Notes under the pieces: model-generated
Databases searched by the model: none
Told to the model about the DNA's origin: nothing
The model's input: only the letters and a program-made list of their open reading frames with translations
Shown: piece after piece, positions 50,313 through 64,000 of the stretch
Position numbering within the stretch: the first letter of the stretch is position 1
Layout of the letters: each line of letters begins with the position of its first letter
NCBI GenBank assembly: GCA_012026655.1
Contig: JAAILG010000318.1
Location: 1 to 64,000 of the forward strand
Direction: 5' to 3'
Source of the DNA: Hydrolagus affinis
Lineage: Eukaryota
Length of the DNA: 64,000 bases
Made by a program: the position numbers and the translations under genes

Positions 50313-53300
50313 CTAGAGGAACACAAGGAGAATGAAGAATTAATTATAAGTTGATGAGCTGTTTTCTTAAAGTAATGAGTGAAATATGGTGGTTTAATTT
50401 AAATGCCGCCTGTTTGTTTTCACAGCAATAGTGAGGAATTTGTTTCACGCCTCCCTTGCTGTTCAGAGAGGTCAAATAAAGCCAAGTATTAGTGGTTGAC
50501 TTGAAATTCTGCTAAACCCTTTTGCTGAATGCTTGACAGTAGATAACGTATTCAGTGGCAGTTCTATTTAGGATGAATGCTTGTGTTTCACATTCAGTTT
50601 TGGAACTGCTAAAATATACCCAAGCTAAGGCTTTATTATTACTGTACCTGGTATTTAAGCAATACAATCACCAGATTACTTGGATTTTGTTATGTAATCA
50701 GCACTTCAATTGTCATAGAATATTTATGCATTTATCACAAGTTTACCAGAAATTGATAATAAACTGAACACCCCAAAGTTTTTAGTGATTAACAAGCACC
50801 CCACCTTCATAACATGAAGAGAGGCAGCGTTTTAAATATTTGTCTGGAAGCAAGTCATATGTCAAATTATTAAATTGTGCCCCAATCTTATTTTAACTCA
50901 AGATAACTGCACCACTGACATCACAAAAATTTGTGACAGCCTTTCTACAAAAACCTTTTTGAAAAATCCTTCAATAAACACACCCATTCTAAAGCAGTAC
51001 CGCCCCACCAGGTTGAATTCTCAGTAACTTCTTTTCACTTCAATACCAGAGTATATATTATATGAAGTAAAATAATGTTGTGCTGAAGTTTTGCTTGATA
51101 TTCATAAGCCATAAGAGTTGTTCAATCACAGTTTATTCTATCACTACATCCACTCCAGTGGAATTTACAGATTTACAATTCCATTCGCTCTATAAATTAT
51201 TAGTATGATACAGATCCAGGCACTTGAGTAGTTGGGGTTCTATATAAATGTTTAAAAAAGGTTCCCCAATTGATTGACTTTTTAAAATGCTGAACTGAAA
51301 TGAGATGTTAACATTTGTTTATAGGAATGGGTGAAAGACGAAACCACATAAAATAATAACTCTACCCTCTTTGGAGTTTTATCAACAAATTTCAACGTGG
51401 CATATCACTTGTATCCCCTGTACAGGTGTTCCTGTATAATGTGGAGTATCTATTTTTCTACCTAGAACAGTCTCAGCAGGAATGTGTACCAAGTAGTGTT
51501 AGAAAACTTTGTAAGGATTTAATTCTGTTAAATTAATATGATTAGATTTATGGTCACTTTTGAAGCACTTTCCATCCACTCCCTTACCTATTTGCAGTTT
51601 TGGTTTCTTTTTGTGCCCATGTGTTTTCGGGATTTTATAAAGGTGACCTGAAGCTCAGCAGTTAGAATTTTCGCAGCTAAAGTATTAAAATGATGACCAA
51701 GGTCAACAATTCAACAACAAAAATTTAAATTGTAGAATTAGCCTGTGTTTATCTGTAACTGTAGACTCTGTTTATCTTGTAAGGATTTGATCCTTAACAG
51801 CTTTCTGAAGAAAAGGCTATCACAGCATCTAAATAAGTTCAAACTTAAGTGATTTTTCTTTTTCTTCCTTACATACAGGATAACCAAAATGTCTTGAAGG
51901 CACCCTATTATCTTACAAAAAAGAATGTATTTAATTTCTTCAAGACTTATCAGACATTGTAATGATACCACAACCTTTTGGTCCACCTGTGAAAAGAGAG
52001 TTCTTAATCACGTCATTGTTTCTTATTTTAAGAAATATAGGATCATATATATGATCACAAAATAGCTTGAGTTTTCTTGTCCAAGCATGCATTTTATCTG
52101 CATGTAGAGTTTACATTTTCCTACCCGTGAGAATTTTGACTTGTTTACTGGAAATCTTTGGTAAACTTGAGGAACGTTGTCACAAACCTGCACTCACTTT
52201 ATGCTTTTCTTCATGATTTGAGGAGTTAATTTGCACTGACATATGCAAAATCCAATATAATTACACTAATTTCCAGATGTTTAGAGGTGCACAAAGAAAG
52301 TTGGAAGATACAGCAATGCTACGAATAATGTCTATGTAGGCTTGATGGTTGCAAGGAGGATAGGTTCTTAGGATTCTAGCACTCCCGATTGTGCATGCTC
52401 AGCCGTTGGATTGTGGAATAGATCTGAACAACATATTTTGGGGCATTCTATTTCAACTGGTAAATGCACAGTTTCAAACACCCTTCTTTTTCTGAGGCAT
52501 CTCTTAATTGAAAGTAAGAAAAGAAGAACTTCAGAAGATTTCATTTTCAATTTTGTTTTACACTTGGTGAATGAAAATAACAATGTCTATAGCTCAACTC
52601 TCTGGGTTTCAAGTTTGCTAGGCTGCATTGCAGGTCATTGACACATAGAGGGGAAAAAATGCCATTCTTCAGATGGGACTGTCTGGGTTTCATTTATTTT
52701 GATTGATTCTTACATTGTGTCTTGATTTGTTTTAACAGCCCTGAGTACTATGTGTCTGGTGCAGTTCTGGATTCAGCTCCATGTCCTTGAAACATTTACC
52801 ATGAACTTTCCTGGGGAATTTCATTTTTTTTCTATTAAACCAGATGTGTGTTTTTTCGGTTTTGTTTAATAATCTAAACTCAAATGGTCTTCAAAGTGAG
52901 GGATGCCAGTGCTATAAAACAGAACGTATTCTCACTTTTTTTTTTCCAACGGCACTGGTTAGATCCAGTAAACCGCCCTCTATCGGAACACACAGACATG
53001 ACCCGAATTACAGATAAGTTGTTCCGACTCTCCCAGAGTAACATTTCCAATTCTACAACTTCCATGCTTTGTCTCTCAGTGAGATTGACAATTAATGTAA
53101 AATGTAGGCATTTTGTGCACCAGACACATGCTCTATAGAGTTGTGATGGCTGTCCGAGACAATATGCCTTCACCATGTACATCTGTCTTAGATTGAAACA
53201 CAAATCTCATTTGTGAAAGGGCATTGTTACATTGCTGTGGGTAGTACATCCTGCCAAACCATTTATAATTTGGCTTTTGAAGAAAATAATTATTAGTTCT

Positions 53301-55306
53301 GCCCAATAATCTAATGTTAAATTACACCTTCGAAACTCTTCAAAAGAAGCATTAATGCAGCAAACATGCCACCAATCCCTTGCACAGAATTGAGCAGTTG
53401 TATCATTTGGACTAATTTGTGACAGTCACTGATTGAATGTAGTGAATCCTACATATATCCAAATATGTGCAGTATCAAGCCAATACTCTAGAATGTTGCT
53501 CAGACACTGATTTCAGATTTTACTTCCAATTAACCCAATTTACAGTCAAAGGACGCTCCTGTTGCCTAGCACAAGATTGGCTTTTGACCAAACTTTAAGA
53601 GAGCCAACCTCAAACATATTTGGCTTCCCACAGACTTTGCAATCTACAAATCAAATTTATGAATAGTGTAAGTATGAACACATTAAAACAACCATTTAGG
53701 TTATTCTAGGCCATTACTGCAATCATGTTGCCTCTTTCCTTCCAAAACAGGAATTAAAGACCACTTCAACATGCAACAATATACAATATTATAACAGTGT
53801 AATAAGCACCCTTTTAAAATATCTACAATTATAGTATTTTGATTGTTATATTCTTCTACTTAGAAGCTTTTATTGTAGCACTTTCTCCACTTGTTAACAA
53901 AGTTTGTTTTGTGGTTTAGGAGTTTGTGACAGTGGAAAACTATTCTCTTTAAAGAGTTACATATTTAAAGTTGTTCACAAATCCCCTCATTGCCAGATGT
54001 TCAAATCATGTGCTGCTGAACCTTTCAAAATTACAACTTCTAACATGTTTTTAAATCACTAGTATAGGCTATTCCTTTTCCTTCCTACAGTATGGTTTGA
54101 GTAATATGGCACAAGCAATTTAACTCTCAAAAATTCTAAACATCTGTTTTAGAAATGAGCCAAGGTTCTGTCAAATGTGCATGGCACAACTGTAGACCTG
54201 TTCATAATGAAGTCACATAGGACAAAATGTATCACAGAAATTAAATGAAAGCAAAAATTCTTAGAATGAAACTATTAAATATTACAAACTTATCTGCTTC
54301 ACAACTCAAAGGTGTGCAGTCCAGAACATGTGTATTTCTGAATTAAGTTTTGAAATGTTGCATTATTTTGCATATAGTAGTGTCCCTTTAAATAATATTT
54401 TGCATTTCGTTGAATACACAGAAGTAATCAGATCTAGAGTTTCACACAGTCTGGAGAAAATGTTCTCAAATCCAACTAACTAGGTTTGTCTGTATAAAAG
54501 AAGCAATTGTTCATTTTCTATTCAGTATTCATACTTTGGTTGCTTACACAGATGGTCTGAGAATTAATGGTTACTTGCAATCTTCCTAATAAAGCACAAT
54601 GAAGTTCATGTGAAAGAAAAAGAATTGAATTGTTGCAATTGACAGATTTTACTGTCACTTAAAGCACGTCCTGGCAGAACTGCTCAAGACGACCACTGGT
54701 CTCATATCAAGAAGCTAGTGTAGTTCAGAGCTGTATAAAGTGATAAGTATTCCACTGGTCAGATGTCAAAATGAATTTGCATTTTGAACATCGAAATTTG
54801 GCTCCCTTATACTTCAGTCTGGGAAATCTTTCACAGAAGCACCTGCCTCTGTCTATTGGACAATTGTACTGCTCTTATAATGATGAGAAAAACAGGGCTG
54901 GTGGGTCATAGGCCACTGATCTGTCTGCCACAACTTGGTCTCTAATCAGGCAGAACAGAATTCCTGTGCTACCTCAAATAAAGTATTGTGCCTTGTTGGT
55001 TCTGGACTTGATAATTTTGTTTCAAATAAATAAACTTTTTACAACTTTTCACACCAAGAAATACTGCCATTTTTAACCAAACCACCACTATTTGATACAG
55101 AAGCCACACATAAATGAAATGAACAGTGCAATAATATCTTTACTCACTATAATACAATTTACAGATTGACAAATGTTTAATGTTGGATATTCTTGGCTGA
55201 TTCTAATTTGATATGTATTTGTTCAGAAACAAATTCAAGACTCCATGCATGTTTGTAATTCTCTCTGGCTATCTATAATGCATATTTATTGTATATAAAA
55301 CCATGA

Positions 55307-55575
55307 AATAATCCTTGTACTGTATTTGGCATAGTGCTTTTCACATCTTCAAGATGTCTCAAAGCGCTTCACAGAATATACTGTAAAGTGAACTGACTGT
55401 GGGCAATATTTGAGGTGGAAATGCAGCAGCCAATTGCGCACAGCAGTTGTGGATGGAAATGACCAATTTTTGTTTTGAGGGATTATTATTAGACATGTGG
55501 AGTAAGGAAACTTGCCCAAGGTTTCACACTGTCTGGAATCAACCCCAGGTCTCTCACTTGCAAGGCAAGTGTTTT
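55307..55575 (-). mobile_element. Near full-length tRNA-SINE
   Basis: Family tail and body plus GGAGTAAGGAAACTTGCCCAAGGTTTCAC...GGAATCAACCCC (B box on the minus strand); extreme 5' end missing. Confidence 0.85.
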
Positions 55576-58500
55576 GTTTATAGACATAGAATTATCTTTC
55601 CAGAACAATTAAAAATGATGAAGTGATTAGTTGTCCTGCATGTTAACTGTCACATTCTAAATATTGATGAATAACATGAAAAAAAATACTGTCCATATAC
55701 TGTAGATACAATCAGTTTGATTGAGAAGTGAATTGAGATGTGGATTGACGCATGTCTGTGCCTCAATTTGAGTCCTAGATATTCCCAGGACTAAACCCAC
55801 ATAGCATGGTTGAAATCAAATGTTGTATCTTGTTGGCTGAATACTGTGTATTTTGCAGGTGAATATGGCCGGCAATAGTGTAGCTCTTGATTTACACAAT
55901 TGGACAAATGTAGTGAAAATTATAATTTAGTGCTAACTACAATTGCAAAAGAACATTTCCATTAAAGCTCAGAGAATGAGTGGTTTATGGTAACTTATAA
56001 CAGTCCAGTGATTTCACATCTTGAATGCAAAGCTTGCTGTTTCTTACTGAATAAATTGCCAGTGTGCTTGCTTGCCACCTTTTTAAAACTATGTATTAAG
56101 TTGGTTAACTATTGTTGAAGACTTCTAATCAGAACCATAAAATAAAACCTGACCCTGCTATATTCAATCAGAAAGGAACTGTATGAAGAGGCTATTGAGC
56201 CAATGCCATTTGTATAACATCTCATGATTTGTACACTCTACATTAACATCACCCTCATCACATACATTTGGAGTCTAATATAACTAAATTGTCTTCCTGT
56301 TGTTAAACCTTGCTCAGCAAAACAACTTTTCTGATACAGTATTTCTATTCTTTCCTTCCTTGTGCTAAAAAAATTATAATGAAGGAGGGCAATTGAAGGT
56401 CACCAATGTATTGTTCTCAAGATCTCATGACAGCATCTGTACAATGGGAGGAGAATTTAATGAAGGATTTTCAGCACACAAATTAAATGAAAAATTACAG
56501 AATAAACAAGGCAGCTAACCTTGTGCATTGCATATTTATTGTTCTTTGCCAGCACTGCCTTCCCAGGTTCCCCACCAGTGCTGTTGCTGGCAAGCTTTCA
56601 AATATGCAAGTCTATACCCTCAAAATAGGAAGGTAGGTTGCTCAGAAAGCTGTGAAATGTTGTGTACTCAAAGTCATAGGGAGGGGCTGTAGAAAATGAA
56701 TTGTTGTAGTTTATTTAAAAATACTTAGCAAGTTTATGAGGGTAAGGTTGCACTTCACATTTTATCACTGTAATATTTGTGTTGTGTTCAGTGCCATGGT
56801 GTATTAGCTGATATTTTTTTAAAAAGAAACACAACCGGTGATCCTGGATTTCTTTGAACAATTTGGTTCACAGAGGGTTAATTACTGTGAGTTGGACACC
56901 ATGAATTACCATACATGAATAGAAAAAAATAGCATTCTTACAGCTGTGGTAACAGTGTATAAACCATGCATAACTATTGCCAAGGGAGTCTTTATGGAGG
57001 TATGTGATGATTCAGCATGTGATGATATGAGTTCTCTGTGATTTAAACCTTAGAGTTATCTCCAGTATGATTGACTCCTAAAGCTAATTACTGATTACTC
57101 AAACATGCCTTTTTCAATTGCTTAGTCCATCAATGGCTGAAGTTATTACCGTGCGGGTTCAAGAGAAGGCAGCAGGAAACAGGCCATCAAAGCTAATTCT
57201 TTTGTAAATGTTGAATCAATTCTTACAAGCTAAAAAGGCATAAAATCACTTAGAAATAATCAAAGCAGTTGTAAGTCAACAACATGTAAATCTGATTTGA
57301 ACTCAAACATGGATCTGAAAATTGTTTACAGGGAGGAGCTATTGAGAAACGTTAGCAGGGTTGTAGAACAAAAGTTAATCATTGTTTTTTCTACAACGAT
57401 TGAAACACCACCATTTTCTGACCAAAGACATCGGACAAATTCTCCTCTCTCAAAATCTCATGCATAATTATCCTGAAAATGTAACCTCAACGATCCTGCG
57501 AAGATAAATATCTGCAATTTTCTATCAGATCTACTGGAAAACAATTTATTTATGAAATAGGATTTTTTTTTCAATGTTAACATTTCTTACCAAAGTGTAA
57601 CCATTGCTAAAGCTTAGGTTCCCACTGATCAGTGATCAGATTTGTAAGCATATCGCTGGCATTCAAATAACTCTTTTTGTTAAAATCCAGAGCAGGCAGG
57701 GGGAAAAAATAATGAATATTTGCCCCTGCACACACAGTTAGAAAGAAAGAAATCAGCAGACTGTAAGTGTCTCACTTCACAGGAATCCAGAGTATCACTA
57801 AGCTGACAGGATCCGGTCCTCACGTGACGGCAATTTGTTTATAGGATAAAATATTTGTCTCCCAATTTCCTGATTACAATGACTTCATATTTGAGTTTAG
57901 GCAGGACAGGCTAGAAATATAAATCAGTTCCCATTTTGTTTGATAGAGAAATCTCCTGGCCCAAGGGCAAGGACTACAGCTGGACAAACTCAAAGCACGA
58001 AAGAACATAAAAGGTTCCACTCCTATGCTTCATTGCAACACTCATTACATTTCAGGGATATGGCCTGGAGTGAATTTAGAGTTTGGGCTGTTTTCTGGTC
58101 ATGACTTATCTTACCAGGAGGGTGCAGGGAATTGGGTCAGAGATTAAAATATATCATGGATGAAGCCAGTGAACCAATGCTGGGCCCAACATTCAGATCC
58201 CACCTTAAATATAGACTATATAAGCCAATTTCTATTTCCAAATCCTACATTTAAATTAGTGGTTTTGACCCAAAATATACATGTGAGTTCAATGACATCA
58301 TGTTCAAAAATGTAAAATACAATTTGTGACTAGATATCCTAACTGGCCAAATGCCACAAAATCTTGGCCACTTGCACGGATTTAATGGAAAACAGAGCTT
58401 TGAACTCTTGTCAAGCCAACAGCCTGTCTGAAATATATCTGAGCTTCTCAAAGTCACACATGCATGAAATCATAACAAGCCAAACCAATCGTGACCAGGA

Positions 58501-59257
58501 TTCAACTACAACTTATATACAAATGGCTGTTCTGTGTTGAAGAGGAGCCTGGGTAGCTGCTGTTCAAAACTGTTTATGTAACAAATATGCTACGTGTCTA
58601 AAAAAAACTAAACACACAAGGTCTAACCAGACTCTAAAAATAAAAAAACAACCATATGTCAGCAAGGAGAGGAATTATAAAGACCAGAGGCTTGATTCTA
58701 ATCCTGCTAGCGATGCACAGTGTAAGTTGTTTTATGCTTGAAAACTGAGTACTTTTTGGCCATTTTATACAGACTATCTATGATCATGAAAATGACCCTA
58801 TCCTAATGAATTCAATCCCATGTGTGCTTAATTGGATTCAGTGGCCTCGCTCTTTGTGGCTGGGTCTTGCTCCTTTGTTTGCCAAGAGACTTAAGTCTAT
58901 GAAGCTGCTTTGGGTTTATGGTCCACACCAAACATCTGCAGCTCACAATTTCCATTATTTTGCCATCAGCTCTATAACAATACTGTATTGTAATGACATC
59001 CAAATACCGGGGGTATACAAGGGGCATCAGCATGTGAGTTGCATCACACAATTCCACTTCCTTCATTTCAGATAGTGGCTGGTTTGGTTTCTTCCAAATC
59101 TTGCATATCCTTCCTTGTTTTACAGACTTGAAAATTAACCCACTCTTTACCTTGTCCATCACTATGAGTGTGTATGGGGTGGGGGGGAGGGTCATACATG
59201 TGTCAGTAAAAGTTCAGAGGAGTTTGATGCATATTTATATATATACTGTATATACAC

Positions 59258-59355
59258 ACATATACAGTCCATTTACTTTACAGTATATTCTGTGAAGCGC
59301 TTTGAGACATTTAGAAGATGTGAAAAGTGCAGTATCAAATGCAAAGATTATTATT
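59258..59355 (+). mobile_element. tRNA-SINE 3' fragment
   Basis: TATACAGTCCATTTACTTTACAGTATATTCTGTGAAGCGCTTTGAGAC...CAAATGCAAAGATTATTATT. Confidence 0.82.
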
Positions 59356-59799
59356 GCAGTATTATCATATTATAGCATTCAATGTGTCTCAGTCTGAAAT
59401 GCTGTACATGCTCCATATGTTATATAGAAACTCGTTATGTACTGTTATTCTGCTTGTGGTACAGCAACTGAATTCAAATGCTATTCAATTGCTTTATTCA
59501 AGGAAGTCTAACTTTACACTGCTATTAGCATTCATTTACCATCAGTGTATAATAAAGGGAATAATTACACGAAATTAAATACTCAGTGATGGAATACATT
59601 TTAAGCAAAAACAAATGTTATCCCCTACTATTTAAGGAGGTGAAATGTGAGCATAAACTGTGAAAACAGGTAAACAGGTCTATCAAGCAATCTGCACTGA
59701 CATCTTTAATGGACAACAATTAGGAAGGAAAATTCAGCATGTTTCAGGATAGTTGCTGATAGCAGGTGGTTGCTGAACTGTTGATCACTATTATTTTCT

Positions 59800-60564
59800 T
59801 TCACCTCTCCTTTCAGCACACTCTATACCTTACTGAGTCAGTATGGAAACTTAGTGCCTTGTTCGACCCTCAACTGTCTTTTAAATCCCACATTCATGTC
59901 ATGACCCATTGCTACCCCCCACCTCTGCAACATTGCTTACCTCCACCACTCCCCTTCCCCTCAGGACGTCAAGACCCTCATCCATGCTTCCAGCACATCC
60001 AGAGTGACTATGCTAACTCCCTCATTGCCAGACTTCCCAACTCTTCCCTCCACAACCTTCAAATAATTGAAAACTCTGCAGCTTATGTCCTCTTCCGCAA
60101 TAAGCTCGATGAGCCGATCACTCCCATCCTCGCACAGCTTCACTGGCTCCCCATTGCTAAGAAGATTAAGTTCAAGATCCTTGTCTAAATTTTAATTTAA
60201 GACAAGGATCTTATACCTCCCTACCCTTGCAAACTGCTAACACCTTATTAATCTGCCTGCTCCCTCCACTCAGCAACTTCTGGCCTGCTCCATATCCCTT
60301 GCCTTGCCCTCTCCATCATTGATGATCGAGCATGCAGTCTTTCCTCCCCCAGCCCCTGGAGTCTCTTTGCCTTATCCTGTCCCTTGCCTCAAGGCCTGTT
60401 TCAAGACCTTCTTCTTTGATTATGCCTTTGCCAATCCCTCCACTGCTCTGTCCTCCACCCTCTTGATTCCAACCCCCAACTGGGAGCAAGCTCTTGACTG
60501 TCCAGCACCTTTGGACATTCCCCTGCTGTGAAAGACGCTATATAAATAAATATTGTTGTTGTTG
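59800..60564 (+). mobile_element. Degraded L2 LINE 3' portion
   Basis: LFDPQLSFKSHI, DYANSLIARLPNSSLHNLQIIENSAA, ITPILAQLHWLPIAKKIKFKILV, KACFKTFFFDYAF; (TTG)n tail. Confidence 0.9.
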
Positions 60565-62363
60565 AATAGAACTGGTTGCTCCAACAGGTTTGATTGATTG
60601 TACATTGAATCCAAATAAAAAAATGTGGTAACATACAAGTATTTGTATCTTCTTTCTTCGAGAATGAAAAATGATCATTATTTATACTGTCTGCATGCCA
60701 GACCATAAATGGAAATGTTTTCTTTCAATCGTGTTGGGCCACCCATTTGTGGAATGCAACTATTTGGACTTGAACAATGCTCATTTCTTAATATTAAAAT
60801 GGAACTTTGGAATTTTTCCTTGATTTAACAGGGCAGATCTGAGCCAATTGCCCAATATGGTGTGGATTTCGAACTCAAGAAGGTTCAAGATAAAATTGAT
60901 TAACCTGAGCAAGTTGCCCTGCAGAGATCTTTCCACGATACAAAAGCAGATGTTTGTTGAATACCTGCTGAGGGATCTCTGAGGCTTTAGACACTGCTGT
61001 TAATAGGCATTACCTGATATTGAGTATCTATGTTCCTGAACCCAAGTTCAATTCCACTTCAGGGAGCTGAAGCTCCACTTCATAGATATTTTATGCTATA
61101 ATAAAGCACTTGGTGCTTTTATTATCAGACATTCCCTGTACTCAAGCACCATTGTATTGAGAAATAGATATGTTGGCCCAATACTGTATTTATATTGTAC
61201 AGTATACTTGTCACGACACAGTGTCCTTTTGTGAAGTACATTGGGTCATTTTACATGAAAGGTACTTGAGAAATGTAAGTATTTGTGGAAATACAAAGGC
61301 TATCAGAACTGTCAATTTATGGTGAATCATAGTAAGGTACAGTAATTGGATTTTTAAACAGATTTTTACTCGTTATTCTGGCGACAACAACAACAAAATT
61401 ACATTTGTATATTGTCTCAAATACTCTATTTGTACATTATTGCTGTTTGTTTCAAAACAATTTTAAAAAGCATTGAAGAAAGCTTCTTTAAATTAAGCAT
61501 AACACAAATGTGAAGGAGGCTGACTATTTCTGTAAAGTTGGGTCCAGAAGCATGAAGATTATTCATAATAAGCAATTGCAACACAGACTCCAAGGAGTCT
61601 GCAGTTGAATCACTAAAGAATATATATCATACAGTTCAAAAGGAGTTTTGATTTAAAGTTGGCAAATTAGAAAAGCTGGCAGCTAGTTTTATACTGGCCT
61701 GACATTTTATAAATTTCCATTATTGTTATCTCCAAGTTCTACAATGCAAAACGTAACCCTTTTGTAACAAGAAAGATTAAAGGATTAAATTATTAACCAT
61801 TTAAATAAAATTATTAACTGCCGTTATGAATAACGTCACTCTTCCCCCTCTCGCCTCCCGCCACCCCCACGCCCCCCCCACCACCATATTAAGAATGACA
61901 CTACTCTTTTCTGAACTTACTCTTTCTCACCTCTTGTGATGGAAGACATTTCGATCGAACATTTGTAGTTAATGATTGAATTGAGAGAGTAGAATAATAT
62001 AACTCATCCTAAAATCCCAGCAAAATTTCAGATTTTTAATAAAACACTGCAATATAAAAATCCATGTTATCAGCATGAAACTACAAAATACAGTCACCAC
62101 ACTTTACAATAATTCCTGTGAAGTGCTTAGAGATATCCTCCTATGTGAAAGCTGTGATATCAAATGGAAGGATTATTATTGTTTTTAGTTTAGTTTACCA
62201 ATGGAAAAGGTTTAGTCTTTAAAAAGATCATGTTCTCTGAAACCATAAAAGTTTATTAGATAATTGTTTGGGGAGAATACGTTTGCCGTGAAGAGAGCGC
62301 AGTGGAGTGGGATTGATATAGATAGCTCTTTTGAAAAGCCAGCACAGACACGATGGGCCGAAT

Positions 62364-62430
62364 GACAACAAAACAACAAAATTACACTTACAGAGCACCT
62401 TTCACATTGGGAGGACATCCCAAGGCGCCG
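62364..62430 (-). mobile_element. Isolated L2 3' tail
   Basis: Reverse complement GCGCCTTGGGATGTCCTCCCAATGTGAAAAGGTGCTCTGTAAGTGTAATTTTGTTG. Confidence 0.7.
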
Positions 62431-64000
62431 ACCTCCTTTGCTGCTGTATAATTTTATGCTTATTTTATATAATAAACTGTAACTGTAATTTTTTTGGTTT
62501 GTTTTGCCTACTGTTTTGAGCTGCTGTGTGGAAAAATGACGGGGCTTGTGGAGTTTTAATAATGCAAAACACAGTAGAAGATGTAACTGTAGAGCATGAA
62601 TTCTGAATGGAAAAGCACATGTCCAGTGCTTTAGGATAGCTGGTTGTTGGGTGGCTTTGCTCCAGACATTGGGAATATTCTCCCCTTGCCTAGTTGCTTG
62701 GGATCTGGATCTTTTTGAGCTGCCTACCTACCCTGTCAAAATGCCCCTCAAATGCCAGGCTGTGGAACTTCCAATTTGCTGGACTGTTCTACAAAGAAGA
62801 TGTATGTACATCTCCCCCAGAATATTTGAGCACAACTGAATGAGTGCAAAAAAAAACTTGCTGACTGATATTACCTCTTTCAACATTTGTCTACCAAGAC
62901 TGTCTTGACTGTCAGTCACTATAGAAAAGGTAGTCTGATATTTTGTTCTCTGATCTCTGCCAATGCACTGTTGCTAAGCATTGTGGAATGAATCTGGAGT
63001 AATATTGAACGTTCTGAACCTTGGCTCAAGCAAATATATTGTTGAAGAAGTCAAGGTAACCCTGCCACTAGATACTAGGGAACCAAACACATATTTCAAT
63101 GCCTTAACGGGACCATCAAGGATGCCCTGAATTAAACTGCCTATGAACAAGGATGCATTCCATTCTGAAACCGCAACATCACCATCAATCACGTCCATTC
63201 CAACTCATACTGTATCTTCCTTCCCAGCTGAATTTTATACTATAGTGCATTATAGTGCATCATTCCATTCAGCACATACTGCCTACCATCAACACTTGCA
63301 AATGAGAATATTCCAATAAATTGAGTTGATACCACTTATTATGTTACATAAGATGCATTGTTTTGTATCACACATGCATCAGTGTGCAGTTAATCATCCT
63401 GAATAAGAACACGTAACAGTTGTATTGTTATAAGTGAAAACAATAGCAAAATAGGTATAACTAGGCATAGGTTGAAATGAGGGCTGGAAAATGGTCAGAA
63501 TTGTTTATGTTGATATCCTTGAATAAACTGAATGGTTTCTATGTGCTGAAGCCTGGAGAAATGACAAACGGGATATGGAGGAAGGCAAGTCTATTTTGCA
63601 TTCAGGAGATTTGGGAATGGATCAATATTTTGGAGTGTTTGATTGGTTATCTTTGGCAAACAGGACCTGTTTATGTAGAATTTTTTCTTGGGACATACAG
63701 TGTGTGAGATGTGATAAGTTTACATAATCCGTGAAAGGTGATGGCTTGATCCTCTTCTCTTTTTTGTCTGTCTCCCTTTATTATTACATACTGGGTTTAA
63801 AATTCTTCAGCTGTTTTCCATCTCTCTAGTGTAGATACTAATCCTTATCCAAACCTCAATATAAATCCTTTGGAATATTCTAAACTTTGCACCTCATTGT
63901 AATCTTCATTGTTGCATTTTAATTGGAATTGCCAATTTTCAGGATGACCCATTTAATGAGAGAATAAGGTTATTAAGAATTGAAGCTATGTCTAGTCCTA

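Noticed and set aside
52630-52710. HLKNGIF resembling the LKNGSF motif of the missing LRR exon
   Set aside because: In-frame TAA just upstream, no LSNNKI motif and no 72-nt AG-GT frame.
62974-63620. Possible RTE-clade LINE remnants (LKYVFGSLVS on minus, FLCAEAW on plus)
   Set aside because: Very short similarities on opposite strands; cannot be distinguished from chance without a search.
1-64000. CRISPR arrays, operons, prokaryotic defence systems, rRNA
   Set aside because: The sequence is spliced vertebrate gene DNA; repeated motifs are dispersed SINE/LINE copies rather than regularly spaced repeats, and no long ORFs exist.

Overview
AT-rich vertebrate genomic DNA, not prokaryotic. The repeat content (Deu-domain tRNA SINEs, L2 LINEs, Penelope-derived short elements) suggests a cartilaginous fish, possibly a chimaera; that assignment is inference. 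The window appears to lie entirely inside one minus-strand gene of the adhesion GPCR subfamily A (ADGRA/GPR123-124-125). Ten GT-AG exons at 50312->15698 (72,72,72,164,214,165,196,150,162,222 nt) splice into one open frame of about 496 codons encoding LRR x3, LRRCT, Ig, HormR and the N-terminal part of the GAIN domain. The protein mixes ADGRA2-like and ADGRA3-like diagnostic residues and is most plausibly a long-ectodomain ADGRA1. The 5' exons and the GPS/7TM exons were not found in the window. Introns contain many truncated L2 fragments, a tRNA-derived SINE family, two Tc1/mariner-type MITEs, a TSD-flanked Penelope-like element with a minimal hammerhead ribozyme core in the sense orientation of the pre-mRNA, a ~215-bp palindrome of the same family, and several fold-back inversions. 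Nearly all ORFs in the supplied track are spurious, or are pieces of these exons or LINEs.
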